From Pseudomonadota bacterium (GTDB lineage Bacteria > Myxococcota > JACRCW01 > JAFGSX01): a DNA stretch of 64,000 nucleotides. Position 1 is the stretch's first letter. The number at the start of each line of letters is the position of its first letter. The notes beneath the pieces are model-generated. The model saw only the letters and a program-made list of their open reading frames with translations. It ran no database searches and was not told where the DNA came from. The position numbers were made by a program, and so were the translations under genes. Where the stretch lies: positions 31,458 through 95,457 of the forward strand of contig JBDRCO010000063.1 of the NCBI GenBank assembly GCA_043821645.1. Reading direction: 5' to 3'. Positions 47,449 through 59,161 of this stretch are shown here, one piece after another.

Positions 47449-48939
47449 TCAGAACCCGAGCGCGCTGAACACGAAGGGATAGGTCACGATGACCACGCCG
47501 CGACCGCGAGGCCGCGGAAAGGTCCACGAGCGGATGCGGCTCATCATGCACAGCTCGGCTGCGGTGCTGCGCAGGGTCGAGCGGAGTAAGCGCACCTGCT
47601 GCACGTGGCCCGTGCTGTTGATGGTCCACTCGAACTCGGTCTTGCCGGACAGGGCCTGCTGCTTGAGCAGCTCGCGCTCGTAGCAGGACTGGATCTGACC
47701 GATGCCGGCGTTGACCACGCGCTGGATCTCGCCGGCGCTGAGCACGGCATCGCCCCCGCTGCGGATGCCTCGACTGGTCTTGACCAGGCGCCCGCGCACA
47801 CGCCCCTGCTGCAGTGAGATGAGCTCGCCCGGCTGACCACGACCCCGGCGCAGGATGGAGCGCAGCCCCGTGGTCTCGACACCACCACCCGAGCCTCCGA
47901 TCTGGATCCTGTTGGTGGGCCCGCGGGCGATGAGGCCCGTCACCTTGAAGCCGGCGTTCCCGCCGGGGACCTTGACCCCGCTGAGGTTGCTCATGGCCAC
48001 GCGCAGGGTTTGACTGCCCGCAGCGCCCGGTCTAGCGGCGATCTTGCCGAGGACCTGCAGCACGCCAGGCCGCGAGCGCACCCGGGTCGCACTGTCCTGG
48101 CGACGGGTGGTGGTCAGCTGGCGCGGCGCCGCCGGGAGTTCGGGTACCTCGAGGCCGGGATCGGGCACGGGCGGTGGGGCCAGCACCAGATCCTTGTCGA
48201 CGATGTGCGTCCAGCGATCCGGATCCAGCTCCACGCTCATCCGCGGTGGTGCCAGGGCGCTGGCCACCAGCAGCGTCACCAGCCCCAGACCGTGAAGGCC
48301 GGCCGAGCTCGCCAGACTGGCGGCGTGGATGCGGCGCTCGACCCGTCGCTGCCGGCGCTGGGTGGCCCCTTCCGATGGCGCGGCGGACAGCGGCACCGGG
48401 TACACCACCCGCAGCAGGTAGCGCTGGCCGTCCACCAGGAGATCGGCGAGGTCCCCCGGACCCAGGCTGGAGGTGGATCCCGGCTCGCCCTCGAGTCTGC
48501 GCTCGGCACCGTCGGGCGAGCTGCGAAGGTGACCGGACAGGCCAGGGAGCCTGGCGAGGTGCACTCTGGCGTCACGCCCGAGCCGCGCCAGACCGGGGCG
48601 GCGCAACCGACCCGCGGCATCGGACAGATCACCCTCCCGTCGCAGGATGCGAAAGACCCGTCCCTGGCTGAGCACCGTCACATCCTGAACGCGGTCACCC
48701 TGACAGCGAATGACCTCGAGCACCGGAGCCTGTCCGGCGCCGCGCCAGCGAGCCGGGTCGTCGCGCAACAGGTGCTGGATCAGAGAAAAAGGTGCCGGCA
48801 GATCATCCAGATCCTCGTCTTCCAATGGACCCTGGCCGGTCTCCTGCGAGGACCTGCAGACGCTCCCGGCAAGGTTCTGCTGCGGGCCCGACCGGTCTGG
48901 CAGGGTGGCGATCCGCTCCTCAGGCAAGGTGTTCCACAT
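47449..48939 (-). CDS. AgmX/PglI C-terminal (TonB_C-like) domain protein, gliding-motility GltG-like
   Basis: TM with SAGLH; Pro/Gly linker; IQSCYEREL...WTIN..G.V...C....IRSWTFPRP...VTYPFVF. Confidence 0.8.
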   Translation of the reverse strand: MWNTLPEERIATLPDRSGPQQNLAGSVCRSSQETGQGPLEDEDLDDLPAPFSLIQHLLRDDPARWRGAGQAPVLEVIRCQGDRVQDVTVLSQGRVFRILRREGDLSDAAGRLRRPGLARLGRDARVHLARLPGLSGHLRSSPDGAERRLEGEPGSTSSLGPGDLADLLVDGQRYLLRVVYPVPLSAAPSEGATQRRQRRVERRIHAASLASSAGLHGLGLVTLLVASALAPPRMSVELDPDRWTHIVDKDLVLAPPPVPDPGLEVPELPAAPRQLTTTRRQDSATRVRSRPGVLQVLGKIAARPGAAGSQTLRVAMSNLSGVKVPGGNAGFKVTGLIARGPTNRIQIGGSGGGVETTGLRSILRRGRGQPGELISLQQGRVRGRLVKTSRGIRSGGDAVLSAGEIQRVVNAGIGQIQSCYERELLKQQALSGKTEFEWTINSTGHVQQVRLLRSTLRSTAAELCMMSRIRSWTFPRPRGRGVVIVTYPFVFSALGF

Positions 48940-49142
48940 GACCGCTCCTCTCTCTGGGCGCCGCCCCTCGGGCCCCGTACCAAGAATGTCGCGGCCGGGG
49001 CGCCATCCTTACAGCTCCGGCCAGCGGGCCAAGCTGCGCGGGACGATCTCGACGACAGGGAGACCGCGAAACAGTGATTGCCCTTGACACCCCAGGCCAC
49101 CTGAGCGACGGAAGAAGCGCACTTCAAGTCGAGGTCACGGCC

Positions 49143-50194
<1,052 letters not shown>

Positions 50195-50198
<4 letters not shown>

Positions 50199-52387
50199 TC
50201 TCCGGTGCGCTGCTCGCCGCCGCGCTGCTGCTGGGCCAGGCTCCGGCCGAGCCCGGGAAACCCGAGCTGGTGCTCTGGCATGCCTACCGTGGGGCCGAGC
50301 GGGAGGCCCTGGAGAGCATCGCCAACGAACTCAACGCGACGCGCAGCGACCTCCACCTCAAGCTGCTGGCCATCCCCTACGACGCCCTCGTCGACAAGAT
50401 CACGGCGGCGGTGCCCCGGGGCCGCGGACCCGACCTGTTCATCTCGGCCCATGACACCATTGGCGACTGGGCCGAGGCCGGTATCCTGGCTCCCCTCACC
50501 GCCCGTACAGACCCGCAAACGCTCAAGGAATTCTTCGATGAGACCGTGCCGCCACTGATCTACAAGGGCGAGCTGTACGGCCTGCCCCTGGCGTTCAAGA
50601 GCTGCGCGCTGTTCTACAACCCGGATCTGGTGAAGAAGGTCCCCGCAACCACCGACGAACTGCTCGCCATCGCGCGCCAGGTGGCCAGTCCCGACGAGGG
50701 CAGATACGGGCTGGTGTACGAGACCAACCTGCTGTACTTCCACGCGCCCTTGCTGTTCGGCTTTGGCGGGCGATTGTTCGACGAGGCGGGACGCCCGACG
50801 CTGGACGACCCGCACAACGTCGAGAGCGCGCGCTTCGCCCAGGGTCTGGTGCAGCGCGAGCGGGTGACCCCGCGCGAGATCAATGGGCCGCTGGTCGTGT
50901 CCCTGGTCAACCAGGGCAAGACCGCCTTCGCCATCAACGGTCCGTGGATGCTCGGGGACCTGGATCCGGGCGCGCGCTTTGCCGTGGCCAAGCTGCCGGT
51001 GGTCAGCCAGACCGGCCTGCCCATGCGGCCCTTCGTGTCGGCGGAGGCGGTGTTCGTTTCGGCCAAGGGAACCCAGCAGGACCTGGCCCACGTCGTGGCC
51101 ACCTTGCTCGTCAACAAGACCTCGGCCCGCACTCGCCTGCTCACCGGCAAGCAACCCGTGGCCACCCGGGCGGCCTGGGTCGGGGTCGAGAATCAGATCG
51201 ATCCCAACCTGCTGGCCTTCAAGGCGCAGCTCGTCGACACCGTGGGCACGCCCAACACGCCCGCCATGAAGAGCACCTGGTCACAGGTGGACACCGCACT
51301 CAACAGGGCGGTCAACGGTGGCGAGGACCCGCAACCCGCTTTCGCCGATGCCCAGCGCAAGCTGCTCGGCATCCTGCAAATGAGCGAGCAGCGAGAGGAA
51401 GCCCGGCTCGGCCACTCCGGCGCGGCCATCCTTCTGGGTGCATTGGGGCTGGGGTTCGTGCTCCTGATCGGAGTCAAGCTCCGGCGCTACGGCCTGCGCC
51501 GTCTGGGCCGCGAGATCGTCGACAACCGCCACGCCTACCTGTATGCGGCTCCCGCACTGATCGCCCTCGGTGCCCTGGTCCTGGTGCCCTTTGCCTTCGG
51601 CGTGGGCATGGGCTTCTACCGCCACGAGTGGGGTCGCTACAGCTTCGTCGGCTTGCAGAACTTCGCCGACATCGTGGCGGGAAGTGACTCGCGCTTCTGG
51701 TTCACGCTGCTCATCACTGTGCTGTGGACCACCGTGAACGTCACCCTGCACCTGGTCATCGGCGTGTCCCTCGCCATGCTGCTCAATCGCCCGTCGCTGC
51801 GCGGCCGCACCCTGTACCGCGTGCTGTTCGTGGTTCCCTGGGCGGTGCCCAACTACATCACCGCCCTGATCTGGAAAGGCATGTTCCACAGCGACTTCGG
51901 CGCCGTGAACACCCTGCTGGGCATCCAGGGCTTCTCGTGGATGAACCAGACCTGGAGCGCCTTCGCCGCCAACGTGGTCACCAACACCTGGCTCGGCTTT
52001 CCCTTCATGATGGTGATCACCCTGGGCGCCCTGCAGAGCATCCCCACGGACCTGTACGAGGCGGCGGACCTCGACGGTGCCACGCGCTGGCAGCGCTTCA
52101 CGCGCATCACCGTGCCGTTACTCAAGCCCGCCCTGGCGCCGGCCGTGTTGCTCGGCGTGGTGTGGACCTTCAACATGTTCAACATCATCTACCTGGTGTC
52201 CGGAGGCGCGCCCAACGGCAGCACCGACATCCTGATCACCGAGGCCTTCCGCTGGGCCTTCGAGCGCGGGCGCGGCGGTGCCTTCGGCTATGCCGCGGCT
52301 TACTCGACGATGATCTTCCTGATGCTGCTGGGCTATTCCTGGGTGTCGGGCCGCGTCAGCCGCAACATCGAGGGGGCCATGGAATGA
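50195..52387 (+). CDS. Fused sugar-binding protein (MalE-like) and permease (MalF-like)
   Basis: GPDLFISAHD.IG, LYGLP, INGPW in first ~400 aa; then TM helices and EAA motif LYEAADLDGA in the same frame. Confidence 0.9.
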
Positions 52388-53232
52388 ACCGCTCCACTCG
52401 ACTCGGCGACCTGCTGATCCATGGCGCGCTCATCGTCGTCACCGTGCTCACCCTGTACCCGGTGCTGTGGGTGGTGCGCATGGCCTTCACCGACAGCCAG
52501 GCCTTTGCCATGGGCCTGTGGCCTTTTCCCGAGGACTGGAGCCTGGCCAACTTCATCGCGGTGTTCGGCAAGACGGACCTCGACGGCACCTGGGTGTTTG
52601 GTCATCAGCTGTTCAACTCGCTGGTCATCTCCTGCTCGACGGCGCTGGTGGGCATCGTGCTCGCCACCACCGCGGCCTACTCGATGAGCCGCTTCCGCTT
52701 TCCGGGCCGCCAGCTCACCCTGACCGGCTTGCTGGTCACGCAGATGTTCCCCGGGACCATGATGATGATCCCGCTGTACATCCTGCTCGACAAGCTGGGC
52801 TTGCTCGACACCCAGATCGGGCTGATCCTGGTGTACGCCACCACGGCCATCCCCTTTTGCACCTGGAGCCTCAAGGGCTACTTCGACACCATCCCGCGCG
52901 ACCTCGAGGAGGCCGCCATCGTCGACGGAGCCTCGCGCGCCACCGTGTTCTTCAAGATCATCCTTCCCCTGGCACGCCCTGCCATCGCCGTCACCGGTCT
53001 GTTCAGCTTCATGACCGCCTGGAACGAGTTCATCCTCGCCGCCAAGTTCATGAACCAGGAGATCAGCTACACCCTGCCCGTGGTGCTTCAGCAGTACGTG
53101 GGTGCGCGGTCGACGGCCTGGGGCTACTTCGCGGCGGGCGCCATCGTGGTCAGCGTGCCGGTGATGCTGCTGTTCTTCACCCTGCAGCGGCACCTGGTAG
53201 CAGGACTGACGGCGGGAGCGGTCAAGGGCTGA
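52384..53232 (+). CDS. Sugar ABC transporter permease (MalG-like)
   Basis: QMFP, KGYFDTIPRDLEEAAIVDGA, GLTAGAVKG; ATGA overlap. Confidence 0.93.
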   Translation: MNRSTRLGDLLIHGALIVVTVLTLYPVLWVVRMAFTDSQAFAMGLWPFPEDWSLANFIAVFGKTDLDGTWVFGHQLFNSLVISCSTALVGIVLATTAAYSMSRFRFPGRQLTLTGLLVTQMFPGTMMMIPLYILLDKLGLLDTQIGLILVYATTAIPFCTWSLKGYFDTIPRDLEEAAIVDGASRATVFFKIILPLARPAIAVTGLFSFMTAWNEFILAAKFMNQEISYTLPVVLQQYVGARSTAWGYFAAGAIVVSVPVMLLFFTLQRHLVAGLTAGAVKG

Positions 53233-53296
53233 GGGGCATACGAGGTCGTGGACGCTCGCGGCCACGCGTGACGACGCCCGGGGCCGGCCGGCGGGT

Positions 53297-54811
53297 TCAG
53301 CCGCAACCGTAGATGCCGTAGTAGCTGTCAAAGACGCAGTGGAAACCGTAGTCGCCACAGCGCAGCTCAGCGGGGTCGCCGTTGGCGTCGCAGTACTCGA
53401 CGGTATCGCCGTTGCACTGCCCGGTCGCCGGGATGGTACAGGTCGAGATCGAGCCACCCTCGTCGCAGTCGTAGCCCACGGTGCCGTCGATGTAGGCACA
53501 GCCCCAGCCGCACTGGCTGCAATCGAAGCTGCGGATCTGCCCGCTGGCACACCACATCACGGTGGCGTTCTGACACTGCCCGATGGCAGTGAGACCCTGA
53601 CAGGGGTCGACGGTCTGCTGAATGCAGCGGTAGCCCTGGGCGCCGCTGTCGTAGCCACAGACCAGGCTCTGGCTCGCGCAGTTGTCCTGCCTGAGCTGGT
53701 TGCCATCGCAGTACACGGCCACGGTGTTGCTCGACTCGCAGCGTCCGCTCGCGGTGGTGGTGCCGCAGCCCCCGGTCCCTGTCAGCGGCGGTGTGGCGCC
53801 CGCGTATTGCTCGACCCAGCTCCGGATCACGTCCGAACGAATGTAGTGATCGAGACCTGTGCACGAGGAATCGCCCCAGGACAGGGCCCCCAGGGTGCGT
53901 ACCTCGCCGGAGACCAGACCCAGGACAGGCCCTCCCGAGTCTCCCCAGCACACGCCGTGATAGCCCTCGCCGTTGATCACCACCTCGCTCTGGTTGATCT
54001 GGTAGATGGGCTCGGCGGTCCAGTAGCGTCCGACGAAGAAGTAGCCTGTCGGCGCCCCCATGGACGAGGTGGTACCCCAGCCCGCCGCCTCCACCCGAGT
54101 GCCGACCCAGGAACTGTCCAGATCGATGGGGAGAATGGGCACCGGCGTCACGGCCACCAGGGTCGTGGCATCGCTGGCCAGGATGTAGATGCCCACGTCA
54201 AGAGATGCGTGTCTGTAAAAGGCCGAGACCCCGATCTCGCGGATCACGTTGACGCCATCGTTGCTGAACTGCACGGCCACGCTAGCAAGACCTGGCGCAT
54301 CCGGGTTGCAGTGCTCGGCGGTGAGCACCGCGCGCGGCGCGATGAGGGTGCCCGAACAGAAGCTGCCGTCCCAGGGCGTGGCCAGGCCCACCGCTGCCAG
54401 CTTCTGACCCGCCGTGAGCGCGGTCAGGTAGGTCGGTGTCCGCGTGCCATTGACCACGAACAGGGGCGATGTCTCGCGGCGCTTGCGCGGCTGTGTGCAC
54501 ACCCCGCCGCTGGCGTCCGTGCCGGTCTGGCCACTGTCCACGAACAGGATGCGCAGGTCGGGCTGGGCCGCGTCCTGCGGGGGCGGCGTGCTGTCAGCAA
54601 GCGCCAGGTCCCAGCCACCCCAGGCGCGATCCGATGCCGCGGCTGCGTCCGGGATGCTCGCGTCGGTACCGGCTTCGAGCGCTCCACCGTCGAGACTGGC
54701 GTCCACCCCGTAGGTATAGGAACGGGGTCCACAGGCCACTCCGAGAAGAACGACCACGCAGATTGAGCCCACGCGCACGCGGGCCAGGTGGTACCTGAAT
54801 GCAGCGCTCAT
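53297..54811 (-). CDS. Trypsin-like S1 serine protease lipoprotein with C-terminal Cys-rich repeats
   Basis: Lipobox GVAC; CSGTLI, LTAEHC, LDVG, GDSGGP; three G(R/Q)C...(Y/W)C repeats. Confidence 0.88.
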   Translation of the reverse strand: MSAAFRYHLARVRVGSICVVVLLGVACGPRSYTYGVDASLDGGALEAGTDASIPDAAAASDRAWGGWDLALADSTPPPQDAAQPDLRILFVDSGQTGTDASGGVCTQPRKRRETSPLFVVNGTRTPTYLTALTAGQKLAAVGLATPWDGSFCSGTLIAPRAVLTAEHCNPDAPGLASVAVQFSNDGVNVIREIGVSAFYRHASLDVGIYILASDATTLVAVTPVPILPIDLDSSWVGTRVEAAGWGTTSSMGAPTGYFFVGRYWTAEPIYQINQSEVVINGEGYHGVCWGDSGGPVLGLVSGEVRTLGALSWGDSSCTGLDHYIRSDVIRSWVEQYAGATPPLTGTGGCGTTTASGRCESSNTVAVYCDGNQLRQDNCASQSLVCGYDSGAQGYRCIQQTVDPCQGLTAIGQCQNATVMWCASGQIRSFDCSQCGWGCAYIDGTVGYDCDEGGSISTCTIPATGQCNGDTVEYCDANGDPAELRCGDYGFHCVFDSYYGIYGCG

Positions 54812-54993
54812 CGTCCATAGCTTAGCGCACTCGAGGTCGGCCTGCATGAGCGGAGACCACAGGGTTAAGCACGCACCGCATGCCTGTTTTTTGCCGACAA
54901 TACAAGGCTGCCCGACGCCACCGTGGAGGCGGCCGCGGTTTGCTGCTTTGCCATGGTCTCGCCACATCGTAGGATGGTCGGGCGGGAGTTGTC

Positions 54994-56895
54994 GTGACGG
55001 CGAAGATCCTTGTCCTGTCCTTTGAACGCGTGCCCGGCATCGATGCCGCCGGTCAGCACCTGACGCTACTGCTGCCCGAACTGGCACAGCGCGCCGAGGT
55101 CGATGCGCTGTCCCTCAAGTGCGACGAGCTGGGCCACATCCAGCGCATGGGCGCCGCGCGCATCATGCGCGTACCCTCCCCGTCCGCAGATCCCATGGAG
55201 CAGATTGCCGCGTTCGAGCGCGCCGTGCACCGGCAGCTCGACGCCGAGAGCTACGACCTGCTGTGGTGTAGTGACCTCATATCGGCCCACACGGTCGCGG
55301 TTCACGAGAGCAGCCAGCGACCGCCCCTCGTCGTCGACCTGTTCGATCTTCCGTCGCAGACTTTCTGCTCCCGTCACGGCATCTCAGATCCCGCGGGACA
55401 GCTGGCGCGTACCCTGCGGCGCCAGGAGATCATCGCACTGCGAGCGGCCCACCGGGTCCTGGTGCATAGCCAGGTCCTGCGACAGGCCTTGCTCGCGCTC
55501 AACGTGGCGCCAGATCGCATCCGCATGCTGCCCATCGCCATCGACGGCGCGTTGTTCTCGCCGCCCTCCATCGAGGTCCCCACCGACCCCAACGCCTGCG
55601 CGGTGGGTGTGATGCTCGAACCCTTCGAGCTGGATCTGTTGCAGAACTTGCTCGATCACTGGGCGCACCTCCCCAAGCGTCTGCATGCGGTGTTCATCCG
55701 CGACGCACCGGCCGGCGGTGAGGCGGCGGCACGGATCGAGAAGGCGGGGCTGGGCCGGCGCGCCCGGCTCGAGTACGCGGGCACCCCCGAGCGCCTGGCG
55801 GAGATCCTCACCACCCTCGACGTGGCGCTGTGCTGGTCCTCGGTGACCGAGGCCAACGAGACCCTGGGTCGAATCCCCATGACGACGCTGTGCGCCCTCT
55901 ACACCGGTCGCCCCGTGTTGAGCGTGGACAGCATCGCCATGCGAGAGCTCCTCGGCGACGTGAACAGCAACCTGCGTGTCGCTCCGGGAGACCTCGAGAG
56001 CATAGGCCCCAAGCTCGCCGAACTGGCCACCTCCTCCGCCCTGCGCAAGAGGTTGGCCACAAGGGGCCGCGAGGCTGCCAGCCGCTTCGTTCACACCGCC
56101 AGGGTGGTGGCGCAGGTGCAGGACATCATCGAGGAGTGCCTCGGACGTTCGCTGGAACTGCGGGATCCCGACGAGACCCCCGTGGACTCGACACCTGAAA
56201 TGGAGCACGGCAAGAATCCGCACCGTGTGCCCGCCGAGGTGCTGCATACCCCTGTGATGCAGCGACCGGTTCCCGAGACACCGCCCACTCCACGGCCTGT
56301 TCCCTCACCAGTGGCCAATCCAGCGCCCCTGGCGGTGGGTCTCTCCGACACGATCGATGCCTCTGCCAAGGCGATGGATCCCTGGGACCATGACACCGTC
56401 GCGACGCCGATGGACATGGACGAGTTCGGGGCTGTCGCGCACACGGCGCCGGACACCAGGTCAGCGGGAGCAGATGCCAGTCTCCGCTCCATGGCGCTGC
56501 TCGACGCCGTCTCGCACCAGGAAGGTGGTGAACTGCAGACCGAGATCCGGCCCCGGGACGACGAGGATATCAATCCGCTTGGCTCGGGACAGGAGACGGA
56601 GCGACTCGAGTTGAGCGAGAGCGTGGCCCGGCGTCTCGAGCGTCCTCTGGGTATCCCCTCGCCCATCACGTTGAATGACGAGGAGACGCTGCGCTTTCCG
56701 TCCCTCCCCGAGGGCGGACCTGGCCACGAGGTGCCACACACTCGGCCCATGCCCCTTTCTCTGTTCGAAGACGCTCCGGTGGATCCCGGGTTGTACAGCG
56801 CCGGGATCGTCGAGGAGGTCACGGATCGTGATCAGGCCGAGGCCGAGGTCACGCCGGCACCACAGCCCCGTCCTCACCAGCCCAAAAAAAAGTAG
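54994..56895 (+). CDS. GT4-like glycosyltransferase with long acidic, Pro-rich C-terminal tail
   Basis: GT-B-like pattern (AHRVLVHS, IDGALF, ALYTGRPV, VAPGD); about 240-aa low-complexity tail. Confidence 0.7.
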   Translation: MTAKILVLSFERVPGIDAAGQHLTLLLPELAQRAEVDALSLKCDELGHIQRMGAARIMRVPSPSADPMEQIAAFERAVHRQLDAESYDLLWCSDLISAHTVAVHESSQRPPLVVDLFDLPSQTFCSRHGISDPAGQLARTLRRQEIIALRAAHRVLVHSQVLRQALLALNVAPDRIRMLPIAIDGALFSPPSIEVPTDPNACAVGVMLEPFELDLLQNLLDHWAHLPKRLHAVFIRDAPAGGEAAARIEKAGLGRRARLEYAGTPERLAEILTTLDVALCWSSVTEANETLGRIPMTTLCALYTGRPVLSVDSIAMRELLGDVNSNLRVAPGDLESIGPKLAELATSSALRKRLATRGREAASRFVHTARVVAQVQDIIEECLGRSLELRDPDETPVDSTPEMEHGKNPHRVPAEVLHTPVMQRPVPETPPTPRPVPSPVANPAPLAVGLSDTIDASAKAMDPWDHDTVATPMDMDEFGAVAHTAPDTRSAGADASLRSMALLDAVSHQEGGELQTEIRPRDDEDINPLGSGQETERLELSESVARRLERPLGIPSPITLNDEETLRFPSLPEGGPGHEVPHTRPMPLSLFEDAPVDPGLYSAGIVEEVTDRDQAEAEVTPAPQPRPHQPKKK

Positions 56896-56939
56896 CGCCG
56901 CCTTTGTCGTGGCGGTCTGGCGGGGGAACGTTCGAGCCG

Positions 56940-58499
56940 ATGCGGCACTCGCTCATACAGACTCCCCTCCTGACGCTGCTAGGCGTGCTGGCGCTGACCT
57001 GTCTTCCAACGATCGCCCTCGCCCAGGGAGACGCGGGGACCGCGATCACAGACAGCCCTGGCGCGAGTTCACACCCCACCACCGTCCTGGAGTCTGCCAG
57101 GCCGCAGCCTGACTCCAGCCCGAGCCACCTGCACCTGCCCTCGGACCTGCCCACCGATCCCACGGTGGAGGTCATGCCTGCGCTCGAGGATGAGGGAGAA
57201 GACCTGGCCGCCATTTCCGGCCCAGCATCGACGGCGCCGGATCGTCCTCGCTACGTGGTGGAACGCATCGAGGTGGTCGGCAACACGCGCACGGACCGGG
57301 GAGTGATCCTGTCCCGGGTGCTCATCAAACCTGGCGAACTTCTCGACGAGGAACAGGTCGAACTGTCGCGGCTGCGCTTGCTGGCCACGGGCTTCTTCAC
57401 CGAGGTTCAGCTGCGCCTGGCGCGAGGTCAGGTGCGGGGACGCGTGGTGCTGTTCGTCGAGGTCACGGAGCGGCCGCCGCTGCCCGTGGTCGATGGCATC
57501 ATCCTGGGCTTCTCGGAGACCACCCCTTTCTTCGGTGGCCTCAGCCTGGTGGATACCAACTTTCTTGGACGGGGGGTGGAGCTGGGTGGAGGCTTCGTGC
57601 TGTCCCCGGACCAGCAAGCATATCGCGCGCGCATCTCCGGCGGAGAGCTCTTCGGCACACCACTGGGCGCACGCATGGTGCTGCTGCTGTCGCGCGGTCG
57701 GGAGCCCGTTGCCCTCGGGGAGGACCCCCGCGGAGGTGGCCACGTCGACGTGCTGCGCGGTGGCGGATTCCTGGGACTTAGCGTTGCCGCCGGCCACGAC
57801 CAGCGCTTCAGCGTCGACTACCACGGTGAGGTGATCCAGGCGGATCCCAAGCTGAGCCCGAGAGTGCGCCGCACGCCCTTGATCCAGCCCGGGCTCAGCG
57901 TGCTGTCGACCGTGCAGCTCGCCTACCAGCGAGACACCCGGGACCGGGGATTCATCCCGACCTCGGGCTCCCAGCTCTTCGTCGGCGCCGAGTTCTCGTC
58001 CACCCTGCTGCTCAGTGCCTACGAGTACAGCCGCTTTCACCTCATGTACGAGCAGTACATCCCGACCTTCGCCCATCATGGCTTCTCGCTACGCCTGGAT
58101 CTGGGCGTCATCCAGCCCGGTGTGGCGCGGGGCAATCGCTCGGGAGCGCCCTACTTCGAGGCCTACTACATCGGCGACTACAGCTTCTTCCGGCGCACAC
58201 GCAACAGCTTGCCGCGGCAGATGGGTCTCAACCTGTCCGCGTTCTCGACCTACGACGACCTGCTCGGCTCGCTGACCGCCAGCTATGCCTACCCCATCCA
58301 GCTCGGTGGCGACCTGTTCTACAGGACCTATGTCTATGCCGCGATCAACCTCTCCGAAGGCACAACAGTGCGCGAGATCCAGGGCCTGGATCCCGGGGAC
58401 GATCGCTTTCCGGTCACCTTCGATGCGGGAATCAAGTTCGACACGGTCGCGGGTTCATTCGTGGTGTCGGCCTCCTATCTGGTCGACCTGGTGTTGTGA
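56940..58499 (+). CDS. Omp85/BamA-TamA family outer-membrane protein with a single apparent POTRA domain
   Basis: VERIEVVGNTRT...L.ATGFF..V...VEVTER; DTNFLGRG; RDTRD...PTSG. Confidence 0.82.
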   Translation: MRHSLIQTPLLTLLGVLALTCLPTIALAQGDAGTAITDSPGASSHPTTVLESARPQPDSSPSHLHLPSDLPTDPTVEVMPALEDEGEDLAAISGPASTAPDRPRYVVERIEVVGNTRTDRGVILSRVLIKPGELLDEEQVELSRLRLLATGFFTEVQLRLARGQVRGRVVLFVEVTERPPLPVVDGIILGFSETTPFFGGLSLVDTNFLGRGVELGGGFVLSPDQQAYRARISGGELFGTPLGARMVLLLSRGREPVALGEDPRGGGHVDVLRGGGFLGLSVAAGHDQRFSVDYHGEVIQADPKLSPRVRRTPLIQPGLSVLSTVQLAYQRDTRDRGFIPTSGSQLFVGAEFSSTLLLSAYEYSRFHLMYEQYIPTFAHHGFSLRLDLGVIQPGVARGNRSGAPYFEAYYIGDYSFFRRTRNSLPRQMGLNLSAFSTYDDLLGSLTASYAYPIQLGGDLFYRTYVYAAINLSEGTTVREIQGLDPGDDRFPVTFDAGIKFDTVAGSFVVSASYLVDLVL

Positions 58500-58510
58500 G
58501 GACAGGGCGC

Positions 58511-59161
58511 ATGCGCAGGTCTCGACACAGCCTGATCCTGCTCGGCGCCCTGGTGGCGACGGTGGGCATGGCCGAGCCCTCGGACGCGCTGCGGGTGGAG
58601 CGGAGGCAGCACGGCGATCTCCTGGTCGCCGAGGTGGTGCCACCAGCGCTGCTCGACGCGACCCTGCGCGAGAGGCTGAAGAGCGGACTCACGAACCGAC
58701 TGGTCTACGACGGGAGCCTGGCGCCCGAGGGCCTGGGTGGACCTCTGTACAAGGCCCAGCGGACCGTGCAGGTGGTGTTCGACCTGTGGGAGGAGCGTTA
58801 TCTCGTCGAGATCGAGGGTGCCGGCCCACGCCAGGTGCGAACTCTGCGCTCCCTCGCCGAGGTCGAGAAGCTGTTGCACGAGGCGGTGGTGCTCGAACTT
58901 GGCTCGGCCAGGCAATGCGAGGCCGGCCGCCGCTACCGTGTCGACGTGATCCTGCGCATCAACCCGATCTCCCAGGAGGTGATGGAGCGCTCGCGCGAGA
59001 TGATGGCCTCGTCTCCGGACGAGCGCGGGGGTGGGCAGAGCCGCTCGCTGTTCGGCTCCGTGGCCCGGGTGTTCTTCAACGTGTCGGCGGATACCGGGGT
59101 CCGCGAGCTGCGCGGGCTGTCGCCCTTCGAGCCGGTCCCTCGGCCTGCGAGGAAGCCCTAA
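58511..59161 (+). CDS. DUF4390-like exported protein
   Basis: Signal peptide; LRERLKSGL, FDLWEERY; position directly before an NtrY-like kinase. Confidence 0.55.
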   Translation: MRRSRHSLILLGALVATVGMAEPSDALRVERRQHGDLLVAEVVPPALLDATLRERLKSGLTNRLVYDGSLAPEGLGGPLYKAQRTVQVVFDLWEERYLVEIEGAGPRQVRTLRSLAEVEKLLHEAVVLELGSARQCEAGRRYRVDVILRINPISQEVMERSREMMASSPDERGGGQSRSLFGSVARVFFNVSADTGVRELRGLSPFEPVPRPARKP